A stretch of DNA of 51,693 nt from a virus (lineage: Duplodnaviria > Caudoviricetes): positions 1-51,693 of IMG/VR virus record IMGVR_UViG_3300036939_000003, one strand, 5' to 3'. The translations under genes and the position numbers were made by a program. Below the pieces are notes generated by a model. It was not told the DNA's origin. It did not search any database and saw nothing but the letters and a program-made list of their open reading frames with translations. Position 1 is the first letter of the stretch; each line of letters begins with the position of its first letter. Positions 17,073-25,175 of the stretch are shown one piece after another.

Positions 17073-18052
17073 TGGCACTACCGGCATCAGGCAAAATAGT
17101 TCATATTTATCCGCACGCACACGGTTATTTAAACGGCGCGTATGTTACCTCTTTCACTGATTCGGCGGGAGTAGCGTTTTTTGGCGGGGCTACTTTTAAG
17201 ACCAGCCAGATTAACGGTAAATCTGCATTCTCACTATCAAGCACGGACTATTTTAATTCAAACTCTACTATTGACCTCTCTAGCACATCAGGAATAACAG
17301 CGTGTGCTTATCTTAAAGTAACACTAGCGCCGGCATCTTTCGGTGTACTATTCGAGCATTCGGCTAACTACAATACGAATAACGGTTGGGTTATATATGA
17401 TAACCCGAGCGTTACCCTTTCATGTGGGGCGCATGACAACACGTCTGCTACTTATAACATTTTCACCACTTCAGAAACTTTCGCCACCTATAAGCCTATT
17501 ATCTACACTCATAATAAGTCTCTATCTGTAAATGAAGCTATCGTAAGGGTATCAAATGCAGCATCAGTGGGAAGTTACAACGTAAACGGCAACACGACTG
17601 GTAACTTTGGAAACGAGACTTTATATATCGGCGGGCGCGGCGGCTCATCGAGTTACGCATCTTTTGATTTTGCGATATTTCTGCTTTATAACCGGATTCT
17701 TAACTCCACCGAAATCGGGGATGTCGAAACAGAATTTAACACTCTGTTTGTCCCGTCGATACCGAAACTAAAATGGACTGCTTACAGATTAGTAAATATC
17801 CCCGCTTCGATAGTCGCTTCCCGTTACATAGACGTAGCGCAGGATTTAACCGGAGTTACATTTGACGACGGGAAAGTACTTTTCCTACGCTATAACGGAA
17901 TAGGACACGTAAGCGCGGGAACAATGGCTCACGTAGTGGAAACGCTGAATACTTATGTTCCGCCGACAACGCCTTACGTGTATGATTTCTTTATAGCAAA
18001 AAGACAGGGTTCTACTATTTATTTAAGAGATGGGCGGACTATTGCTGTTTAG
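17072..18052 (+). CDS. Putative receptor-binding protein, LamG/ConA-like
   Basis: INGKSAF, LYIGGRG and LLYNRILNSTEI motifs typical of LamG-like tail proteins. Confidence 0.65.
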   Translation: MALPASGKIVHIYPHAHGYLNGAYVTSFTDSAGVAFFGGATFKTSQINGKSAFSLSSTDYFNSNSTIDLSSTSGITACAYLKVTLAPASFGVLFEHSANYNTNNGWVIYDNPSVTLSCGAHDNTSATYNIFTTSETFATYKPIIYTHNKSLSVNEAIVRVSNAASVGSYNVNGNTTGNFGNETLYIGGRGGSSSYASFDFAIFLLYNRILNSTEIGDVETEFNTLFVPSIPKLKWTAYRLVNIPASIVASRYIDVAQDLTGVTFDDGKVLFLRYNGIGHVSAGTMAHVVETLNTYVPPTTPYVYDFFIAKRQGSTIYLRDGRTIAV

Positions 18053-18273
18053 GTTGAAGCCTTATTCCAACTAATAGTAGTGTATCTATTTTTAATCTCT
18101 ACTTCATAACCATTTAATATAAGCCACTCTCTAGCCTCGTGACCTATTATTTGATAGTAGACTATCTGAGTATTGCCGCATAGAGATTGTGCCGTGATTC
18201 TCTGGCAGATAACGTCTAATTCGGTGTGTTTGCCTGTCGAGAGACGTTTGGCTTCTTTAGCTGTAATTCTCAT
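18049..18273 (-). CDS. Small hypothetical protein, counter-oriented, probably leaderless
   Basis: 74 aa; TATAAT at 18286-18281 lies 7 nt before the ATG. Confidence 0.6.
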   Translation of the reverse strand: MRITAKEAKRLSTGKHTELDVICQRITAQSLCGNTQIVYYQIIGHEAREWLILNGYEVEIKNRYTTISWNKAST

Positions 18274-18289
18274 ACAGGGTATTATATAA

Positions 18290-18581
18290 AGTTAGTGAAA
18301 TTTTAGTGAAATAAGGAAATTAAACCCGATTAAATACATCCTTCTAGCAAATATTCAGCATCTCTAAATCAAAGAAATTTAATGGCTTAGAATCACTTAA
18401 AAGCGTAATCGTCTGCTTGTTTGGCGTGCGATTCCTATTTTACACCAACTTTTTCGTGGCTAATACTCTTTTAGAATCAATAAGTTACAGGATTAACATT
18501 TTTGTACATTTTACACCAAATCCTTTGTGTTGAAAAAATGGTGGAATAAAGGGGATTTACCCCACCAATTTTGGTGTAATT
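18290..18581. other. Putative attP region
   Basis: AT-rich non-coding gap downstream of the integrase. ATTTTACACCAA direct repeats (18437-18448, 18508-18519), an inverted copy TTGGTGTAA (18571-18579) and an IHF consensus match AATCAATAAGTTA (18475-18487). Confidence 0.7.
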
Positions 18582-19724
18582 TTAATTTACGGCTTCTGTC
18601 GGAGTGAAGATTGTGTAATGGTCTGGATTTATGTCAGAAGAAACAGCCTGTAGAGCCGCCCGCATATTCTCATCTAAAACGTGCGTGTATATTCCGGTCG
18701 TGCTAATTCGCGCGTGTCCTAACGCTTCCTGAATCATCCTGCTTTCGTGACCGTCATCGAGCATCTTAGTCGCGAAGGAATGCCGCAAATCATGAAAGTG
18801 GAAGTCTTCTATCTGGGCGCGGTCTAAAGCATTCCACCATGCTATTTTGAAATCTTTCAAAGGCTTTCCGGTTTTTTGAGATATAAAAAGGTGATCGTTT
18901 GCTTTTTCCGATAGAGATAAAAAGATGTTCCACACTACAGGCGAAACGAGGGCTTTTCTTGCTTTATTCTGTTTAGATTTTTTGATATTAACGGCTTGGC
19001 GTGAGTGGTCTAAGTCCTGTTTTCTGACTCCGAGAATCTGCCCCCTGCGCCATCCGGTTAAAAGAGCAATTAGAACTATTGCAAGCAACTGCGTGTTTTT
19101 GGCACAGGCTACGAGCAATCTTTGTTTTTCCTCGATTGTTAAATACCTTTCGCGCGATTCCGGTTCAGCCAGCATCTTAACAAACCGCATCGGGTTTTCT
19201 TTCAGCTTCCTGTTTTCAACCGCATAGTTAAATAATCTCTTTAACGTAGTGAGTTCTCGGTTGACGGTGGAAGTCTTAACCGTTGGGCGTTCGCAACTAG
19301 CGTGAATCTGCCTTTCGCACTTCTGGCAGCGAACTTTCTGCTCCAATCTCCAAGCCTTGTAGTTTTCGCACATTCTAGGCGTGACGGATTTTAGCAGTAC
19401 GTTCTTAAAATAAGTTTTAAGATAATTGCACTCGATAACCTTTTGTTTGTAAGTGGTATTATTAATTTTGCAATAGGGAAGGTAGTCATCATCTATAAAT
19501 TCCGCAAAATGGGTTTTATCCTTTAGTAAATCAAATTCGCCGTTTCTTATCTTGCTTACAATTAAATCTTCACGTTCTTTTGCCTTATCCTTAGTCTTGC
19601 AGTCCTTCAATGCGTGGTGATAGCGTACTCCGCCTATCATCCCTTCAGCAATCCAAGTGCCTTTGTCATAATCGGGATTGCCGCGTTTTACTCGTTTTCC
19701 TTTATAGCGTTTATATAATGAAAT
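18582..19724 (-). CDS. int: Tyrosine recombinase / phage integrase
   Basis: TGWRRGQI (R), FHDLRHSFA (HxxR), LGH and TGIYTH (Y). The frame extends 28 codons above the listed ATG to an ATT behind AGGAGGT. Confidence 0.95.
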   Translation of the reverse strand: MSLYKRYKGKRVKRGNPDYDKGTWIAEGMIGGVRYHHALKDCKTKDKAKEREDLIVSKIRNGEFDLLKDKTHFAEFIDDDYLPYCKINNTTYKQKVIECNYLKTYFKNVLLKSVTPRMCENYKAWRLEQKVRCQKCERQIHASCERPTVKTSTVNRELTTLKRLFNYAVENRKLKENPMRFVKMLAEPESRERYLTIEEKQRLLVACAKNTQLLAIVLIALLTGWRRGQILGVRKQDLDHSRQAVNIKKSKQNKARKALVSPVVWNIFLSLSEKANDHLFISQKTGKPLKDFKIAWWNALDRAQIEDFHFHDLRHSFATKMLDDGHESRMIQEALGHARISTTGIYTHVLDENMRAALQAVSSDINPDHYTIFTPTEAVN

Positions 19725-19762
19725 AACTTTTACCTCCTATGAGGACAAAGATTATAATGCAA

Positions 19763-20233
19763 TTAGTTTGAACAATAAAATATCGTTCTTTCATCTTGCA
19801 ATTTATTCGCAAAATCTTGAAGCTCTCGCATCCAATTTTTGTAAAATTCAATCTGATTGTCTCTGAAACCACGATAGCCTTCAAATTTTTCAATAGGAAT
19901 TTTAGCGGGATAAGTTAAATCTTCGCCAAATGCAATTTCAGGGATTTGAGCTTTTAGCGACCTGAAAGAATCAAACGTGGCGTACATTTTATCCAGCTTT
20001 AGAAATCTTTCCGCATACCAATCAACAACCTCTTTGAATAGTTTGCGGTCAACCTGATTTCCTTTGCTGTATGACCATTCATTACAGACATAATACAAGT
20101 TAGGTTCGCGCTTTTCATCAAGATTAGACTGCACGAAATTCACTAATCCGAAGGGGTTTCGCAACCAGTTCATATCAGCAATGATTTCTTCTTCACCGTT
20201 TTCTTCGATATATAAAGTCAAATCTAATGACAT
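19763..20233 (-). CDS. Hypothetical protein
   Basis: 156-aa ORF between the Xis-like gene and integrase. Confidence 0.7.
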   Translation of the reverse strand: MSLDLTLYIEENGEEEIIADMNWLRNPFGLVNFVQSNLDEKREPNLYYVCNEWSYSKGNQVDRKLFKEVVDWYAERFLKLDKMYATFDSFRSLKAQIPEIAFGEDLTYPAKIPIEKFEGYRGFRDNQIEFYKNWMRELQDFANKLQDERTIFYCSN

Positions 20234-20234
20234 A

Positions 20235-20558
20235 TTACTGTAAAACCTCGCTTACATCTTCCTTATTCAATCTTCTTAAACCTTCCATCTTTGACCACGC
20301 ATTTATTTCTGATAGATGAAAACGTGGATCGCCGCCAACGTAGTGAACAGGTAAAGGAAACTCGTCACGTTTTACCCAGTTTATGATTGATTGTTTTGTG
20401 ACCTGCCAGTAATCCGCTAATTGAGTGAGCGTCATAACCTCTCTTGCGGGTGGGTGGCTCGATTTAATTTCCTCAAACATTCCCGAAATAATATCTTTTG
20501 AGATACCGGATAATGTTTCTTTTAATTCGTCTTGGTTAATTATTATTGCTGTAGGCAT
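20235..20558 (-). CDS. Excisionase-like HTH protein (AlpA/MerR-type)
   Basis: MTLTQLADYWQVTKQSIINWVK...PRFHLSEINAW; AAGGAG RBS; upstream of integrase. Confidence 0.8.
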   Translation of the reverse strand: MPTAIIINQDELKETLSGISKDIISGMFEEIKSSHPPAREVMTLTQLADYWQVTKQSIINWVKRDEFPLPVHYVGGDPRFHLSEINAWSKMEGLRRLNKEDVSEVLQ

Positions 20559-20615
20559 AACATCTCCTTTTTAGTAAGTTTAAGTGTCATAAAGTGGGTT
20601 AAGAGGTTCTCTCTA

Positions 20616-21266
20616 CTATTCCAAATCATTAGGGTTATCCAGATAAGGCTGCCAATAATCCATCATTTTGAGAGCGTGGAGTGTTTTTCTGCCAGCACTT
20701 TCAACTTGTTCTCTGCCTTCTAGTAGCATACTGACGCTCCCGATGTATCCGACATCTCGGCAATCGCCGTAATGAAAAGCAGGATTATCTTTTGCTTCCT
20801 TAAAATCCGTTCTCCGAAATACTTCTAGTTTGGCTTGTTTGTATGGTTCTCTATGCCAATTATATTTGTAATCAAGTCGCCTAATATGAAAGGAAAATTC
20901 TTCGCTAATATAAAGAAGCCTTTCGTTTTGGTTCTCATAGCAAATAACTTTTGATTGAGCGTTGCGCTCAATCCACATATAGCAATCGCCGTGCATTTCA
21001 CCGAAAGCGTTTTTTCGTGAGAAATTCTCGCGTTCTGTCATTACTTCATAGGCTTGATTAAATATAGGTAGTCTTTGGATAAGGCGAAGCGCGGCGTATC
21101 TATCATAAAACCATTGCAAATGAAGTTCACCGACATCATCTAGGCTTAAATATTTATCAGGATTCCAATAAAACTTATTGTCTACCTCTCGTTTTATTGA
21201 AGCGCGAAATTCATCTTTGAATTTATTTAATTCTGTTTCCGCTTCCGAAAGTTGAATTTCATTCAT
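20616..21266 (-). CDS. Hypothetical protein
   Basis: 216-aa ORF with no recognised motif. Confidence 0.7.
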   Translation of the reverse strand: MNEIQLSEAETELNKFKDEFRASIKREVDNKFYWNPDKYLSLDDVGELHLQWFYDRYAALRLIQRLPIFNQAYEVMTERENFSRKNAFGEMHGDCYMWIERNAQSKVICYENQNERLLYISEEFSFHIRRLDYKYNWHREPYKQAKLEVFRRTDFKEAKDNPAFHYGDCRDVGYIGSVSMLLEGREQVESAGRKTLHALKMMDYWQPYLDNPNDLE

Positions 21267-21282
21267 AATTTTTCACCCCATA

Positions 21283-21324
21283 AACACAAAAACGCCCGCA
21301 CTCCCTTTCGGAAGTACAAGCGTT
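21283..21324 (-). terminator. 15-bp GAAA-capped hairpin with U tract in the leader of 21266
   Basis: AACGCTTGTACTTCC-GAAA-GGGAGTGCGGGCGTT then TTTGTGTTT; G-U pairs work only on the minus strand. Confidence 0.6.
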
Positions 21325-21333
21325 ATGTTAAAT

Positions 21334-21389
21334 AAAAAAATCCCTCTCAAACTATAAAGTTTGAAAGAGAAGTAAGTAAGTTGCGCAAA
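21334..21389 (-). ncRNA. Putative antisense small RNA of about 55 nt
   Basis: Upstream TTGACA (21422-21417) and TAAATT (21398-21393); 13-bp terminator stem plus U7; 5' part is complementary to 24540-24560. Confidence 0.65.
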
Positions 21390-21523
21390 TTAAATTTAAT
21401 CCAAAAAGATTAATCGTGTCAAATAAAATATGAGACTGAAAATTAAAACGGCTTGACTTGATGCTGAAAGCCATTGACGGCGCTCGCATCTTTTGAAGTA
21501 TTTAGTTGTTTCGAGATCGTATT

Positions 21524-21763
21524 TCATCTTCCTAAATTTTGCATATTGTTACCAATTTGGGCGACCATAGATTCTGTTATAAGAATAGTTCCAATAGCAA
21601 CGGCTATTGATACAGCTATAGCAATAATACCAATCACCATGCCGACATTCTTAATTTGCTTATTTGTGCTACTGCTGACGAAAGCGATTTGGAATATTTC
21701 AACACCTTTATACATGAGATAAACGCAAAGCAGATAAATCATTATTTGCATTAAGCCAACCAT
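21524..21763 (-). CDS. Small membrane protein (two hydrophobic segments)
   Basis: 79 aa; AAGGAG RBS. Confidence 0.7.
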   Translation of the reverse strand: MVGLMQIMIYLLCVYLMYKGVEIFQIAFVSSSTNKQIKNVGMVIGIIAIAVSIAVAIGTILITESMVAQIGNNMQNLGR

Positions 21764-21764
21764 T

Positions 21765-22199
21765 TCAATTCTCCTTTAATTCAGTAACCACAATACTGGA
21801 ATCTTTTATATTCTTTTTATCAACGGGCTTGAGTTGTTTTATGTCGTAAGCTCCGCTTTCTTTACCGATCAATGCTAAACCGGCTGGCATTAGCTTTCCG
21901 TCAGATTGCCAGTTCATTCGGATATAGTAAGTTTCTCCAGGCTCAAAGTTCATTTCTATCCCGCCAAACTTTTTATTCTTTAGTCTGAAGGTATGTTTAC
22001 CCGCTTCGATCTGAGCGATAAAGAATTTAGCGGGACGAATCTCTGCGATTTCCTTATCGTCAAGAAAGATAGGCTTTTTAACAGTTCCGAGTGTTGTTCC
22101 AGCGGCGTAAGAGTAAACATAAACAATCGCTCTAGCTGCCTGACCAAAAGCCGTAAAACTAAAAGTTAATATTAGCAGTGTAATAATTAGAGTTTTCAT
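21765..22199 (-). CDS. Secreted DUF2846-like protein
   Basis: Signal peptide MKTLIITLLILTFSFTAFG; AIVYVY...GKHTF...GETYYIR pattern; start moved to 22199. Confidence 0.7.
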   Translation of the reverse strand: MKTLIITLLILTFSFTAFGQAARAIVYVYSYAAGTTLGTVKKPIFLDDKEIAEIRPAKFFIAQIEAGKHTFRLKNKKFGGIEMNFEPGETYYIRMNWQSDGKLMPAGLALIGKESGAYDIKQLKPVDKKNIKDSSIVVTELKEN

Positions 22200-22200
22200 A

Positions 22201-23277
22201 TTATCCTTCTGACTTTTCGCCTTCGTAGAAAGCAAAGACGCGCCTTAATTGTTCGGCGTGATTGTAAATATCGTTAAGATTTGTAATAGCAACACGTTCT
22301 TCACTACGCTTTTCATCGAAAATTCCCAAATATTTTTGATTGCGGTTGAAATAGAGACGGGCGAGAGGTTTTCTATTGTTATCATCGAGAAGGATGCCCA
22401 TATAGCTTTTTGTGTCTCTGTGAACGATTCTCTTTGGATCAACCATATCTCTGAGTAATGACTTGATAATATAAAATCCTTCTAACTCATCTGCTGTGGT
22501 ATCAATCTCATCTTCACGGCTTACAGGTTCTGCTTTTTCGGGTTCCGGTTCGCTTGGTAAAGGACTGCCGGACATAACTGATTTCAGACGGTCATTGATG
22601 CGGTCATTTATCAGTTGATTGAAGGCGCGTTTTACTATTCCGTTAAAATATTCGCGCCTGGTTGGAGTCAGAACACCGGAAAACACGTTTGAAGCGACAA
22701 GTTTTACAAAATCATCCGTGGGATTTTCGAGTTGTTGGGTGAGAATCTTTTTAATCTGACGGGTGTATTTTAACTCACCTGCGGTTGCCATTATTTCATC
22801 AATATTAAATTGTTGTTTGGTTAGTTTTTTAAGTTCGGTTAAGGCAACATCATCTAGTTCCGTGATATTAAACTCGAAAAATGGTTTTTCATCCATTTTG
22901 TTCGGAGCTTCAAGATCGGTAAAGAATCTATAAACCAAACCATTAGTTAATACTGCGATTCGTGCGTCTGTAACTGAAAAGTATCTAAATAACTGCGAGG
23001 CATGATTAATACTCAAATCGCCGCCGCAATGTTTGCACTCAAAGAGCATTATTATTTTGTCATCTTTTTTAATTGCGTAATCTACTTTCTCGCCTTTCTT
23101 GATACCGACATCAGCAATAAATTCCGGTACAACTTCAGTTGGATCAAAGATGTCATAACCCAGAATGTTTATAAAAGGCATTACAAGCGCGTTTTTAGTA
23201 GCTTCTTCAGTTTGCAGAAGGGAACAAAGTTTTTCGGTTTTATTAGAAAGTTGTTGCAGTTGTTCAATGAAGTCCAT
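22201..23277 (-). CDS. Type I restriction enzyme HsdR N-terminal domain (restriction endonuclease-like) protein
   Basis: TEEATKNALVMPFI..LGYD, GEKVDYAI...FECK (PD-(D/E)xK-like), LTNG..YRFFTDL, ILLDDNNRKP. Confidence 0.85.
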   Translation of the reverse strand: MDFIEQLQQLSNKTEKLCSLLQTEEATKNALVMPFINILGYDIFDPTEVVPEFIADVGIKKGEKVDYAIKKDDKIIMLFECKHCGGDLSINHASQLFRYFSVTDARIAVLTNGLVYRFFTDLEAPNKMDEKPFFEFNITELDDVALTELKKLTKQQFNIDEIMATAGELKYTRQIKKILTQQLENPTDDFVKLVASNVFSGVLTPTRREYFNGIVKRAFNQLINDRINDRLKSVMSGSPLPSEPEPEKAEPVSREDEIDTTADELEGFYIIKSLLRDMVDPKRIVHRDTKSYMGILLDDNNRKPLARLYFNRNQKYLGIFDEKRSEERVAITNLNDIYNHAEQLRRVFAFYEGEKSEG

Positions 23278-23319
23278 TAGGCTTTCTCCAGATTGCCCTT
23301 AAATTGCAAGGTATTTTAA

Positions 23320-23760
23320 TTAAATTCCATAAAGAAACAGTACACGCTGCCTTTCTTTAAAAAGCCAATAGGCGTGCGTTGTCGGATTTTCTTCCAAAAA
23401 TGAGTAATCATTCAACATCGGTAGCGGAATCAGAGCAATAAGCGCAAAAGCGTTCGCTACTAGCTGCTGCTTTGCGTGCATAGATTTCATTGGAACCTGC
23501 AAAACAGCGTGAAATAATTCGTGGAAAGCCGTTTCTAGCCATTTCAGCCCACGCAATCCTTTTTTAATAAAGATATAGTCATCGCCCTCATACCAAACGT
23601 GATAGCCACGTTTTTTGAGTTTTAATTCAGCAATGTCTATTTGACTTGTTTCCCCCAAAACAAAAAAATCTTCAGCCGTTAGAGCACGCTCATTAAAAGC
23701 GGGAATCATTTCTTTTACTCTATCGTATGAGATTTTAATGCAACGGTTATGGCTCTGCAT
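23320..23760 (-). CDS. ImmA/IrrE family metallopeptidase
   Basis: AFHELFH (HExxH) and ANAFA..ALIP; immediately downstream of the repressor. Confidence 0.8.
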   Translation of the reverse strand: MQSHNRCIKISYDRVKEMIPAFNERALTAEDFFVLGETSQIDIAELKLKKRGYHVWYEGDDYIFIKKGLRGLKWLETAFHELFHAVLQVPMKSMHAKQQLVANAFALIALIPLPMLNDYSFLEENPTTHAYWLFKERQRVLFLYGI

Positions 23761-24130
23761 TGTTCTGAGTTTTGAGCGACTTTCTGAACTTTATATACTC
23801 TTTAATATTCAATAAATCTTCTTCATCAAACCCTTCAAAATCTGAGACTTCAAGCGGCGCGGGTAACAGGCTGTTTTCGGGCGCGTGACCGGCTAATGTC
23901 AAAGCTTCGTTTATATCTTTCTCAAAATAAGTAGCTAATCTTTTTACTAAATCTTTTGGTGGTTGACTGGGTTTTTGGTTAGTCGATTGCGGTGAGCCGT
24001 TCATCAACCTATTAATTGTAGCAACGTTGCTTTTTACTGCTATGGCTAAATCTTTTTGTGTTTTGACAGGACAGTTACTAAAACCCTCTTTCATCCAAAG
24101 CGCAAAGGCTTCCGCGTTAAATTTTTCCAC
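23747..24130 (-). CDS. XRE-family immunity repressor
   Basis: TQKDLAIAVKSNVATINRLMNG HTH. The listed start at 24229 overlaps the divergent gene, so GTG 24130 or ATG 24094 is more likely. Confidence 0.75.
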   Translation of the reverse strand: MEKFNAEAFALWMKEGFSNCPVKTQKDLAIAVKSNVATINRLMNGSPQSTNQKPSQPPKDLVKRLATYFEKDINEALTLAGHAPENSLLPAPLEVSDFEGFDEEDLLNIKEYIKFRKSLKTQNNAEP

Positions 24131-24134
24131 GATA

Positions 24135-24482
24135 TTACTAATTTTGTAATATTTTTCATTTCTAGTGTAGATTTTTTCCTTACTAATATAGTAAGATTCA
24201 GGAATGCAGGATAATGATGTTTCAACCATACAATTTGACCCCGATGCCTTAAAAACCGCATTGGAAGAAGCTAATCTCTCGCAAGCGGATTTTAATAGGC
24301 TAATTGGTTTTAAGCACGTAAATACAGTAAATAAGATAATTAAACGAAAAAGAATTGCTACAGCTTCCGAATTGCTTCAGTTCGCATTTGCTCTAAACAA
24401 AGATCCGAAAGAATTTTGTAAAGAAAGTTAAAATAGTTACTAAAATAGTAATTCTTTACTTGACTGATTACTAAATTAGTAA
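24135..24482. promoter_or_regulatory. Four palindromic operators TTACTA-N3-TAGTAA
   Basis: 24135-24149 (1 mismatch), 24180-24194, 24437-24451 and 24468-24482. Confidence 0.8.
24204..24431 (+). CDS. Cro-like XRE HTH protein
   Basis: LSQADFNRLIGFKHVNTVNKII HTH; divergent from the repressor. Confidence 0.75.
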   Translation: MQDNDVSTIQFDPDALKTALEEANLSQADFNRLIGFKHVNTVNKIIKRKRIATASELLQFAFALNKDPKEFCKES

Positions 24483-24488
24483 TAAACT
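24460..24488 (+). promoter_or_regulatory. Early lytic promoter with operator in spacer
   Basis: TTGACT-GATTACTAAATTAGTAA(17)-TAAACT. Confidence 0.75.
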
Positions 24489-24586
24489 CTTAAATGTAGT
24501 CACCAATACTACATATTTTTGAAAATAGGAGAAGAAAGGGAAGTAAGTAAGTTGCGCAAAAACAAACTCGCTTCCCCTTTAACAAA

Positions 24587-25138
24587 ATGGCACATCTGGA
24601 ACACAAATTATTAAAACAAGCTACGGCACAGGTTCTTGCTAATCAATTAACCTACGGCGAAGAACACGGCGCGAGAGCCTGGAAAGCGATTGCAAAAGCG
24701 GAAATTGAGTTAAAAGAAAACGGTTCAATCAGTTTTGAAAACAGTACATTAACCTTCGTCTCGCGCTTTTCAGCTAAACAGAGAATGGTTACAGCCGCAG
24801 GATGCCACGAATCCTGCGATTGCACAGGTCAATATTCATATCACAAAGCATTATTCGATATTTTAACGCGTTACAACGAACTGGAAGCAGAAGAAATGTT
24901 CGCCGCTTTTCCCGAGGCTACTCCGCAGGATGAATTGCAAGCCAGAGCAAAGCAAGCTGGAACCGAATATAAAGCATTTGCAAACTCGCTTCCGTTATGG
25001 GTTAAAGACGAAGCCAAGCAATTCGACTTATGGCTGATGTCTGGCGATGAAAGAAACCGTTGGATTCAGGATAATGCACCGCTTATCAAGCCAACTTCTA
25101 CGTACAAGCCACAGCGTTTGGGTTCAGTAAGGTTCTAA
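24587..25138 (+). CDS. First early gene; hypothetical with SWIM-like Cys/His cluster
   Basis: CHESCDCTGQYSYH motif. Confidence 0.6.
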   Translation: MAHLEHKLLKQATAQVLANQLTYGEEHGARAWKAIAKAEIELKENGSISFENSTLTFVSRFSAKQRMVTAAGCHESCDCTGQYSYHKALFDILTRYNELEAEEMFAAFPEATPQDELQARAKQAGTEYKAFANSLPLWVKDEAKQFDLWLMSGDERNRWIQDNAPLIKPTSTYKPQRLGSVRF

Positions 25139-25175
25139 AGCACGGGCGGCTAGTCCGCCTTTTAGGAGAAACGAG

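Noticed and set aside
12846-18052. Diversity-generating retroelement or invertible tail-fibre system
   Set aside because: I saw no reverse transcriptase, serine invertase or template/variable repeat pair, although a computed self-alignment would be needed to exclude it fully.
24131-24229. Repressor N-terminal extension from the ORF track
   Set aside because: It runs through the operators and overlaps the divergent Cro-like gene; a later start is more plausible.
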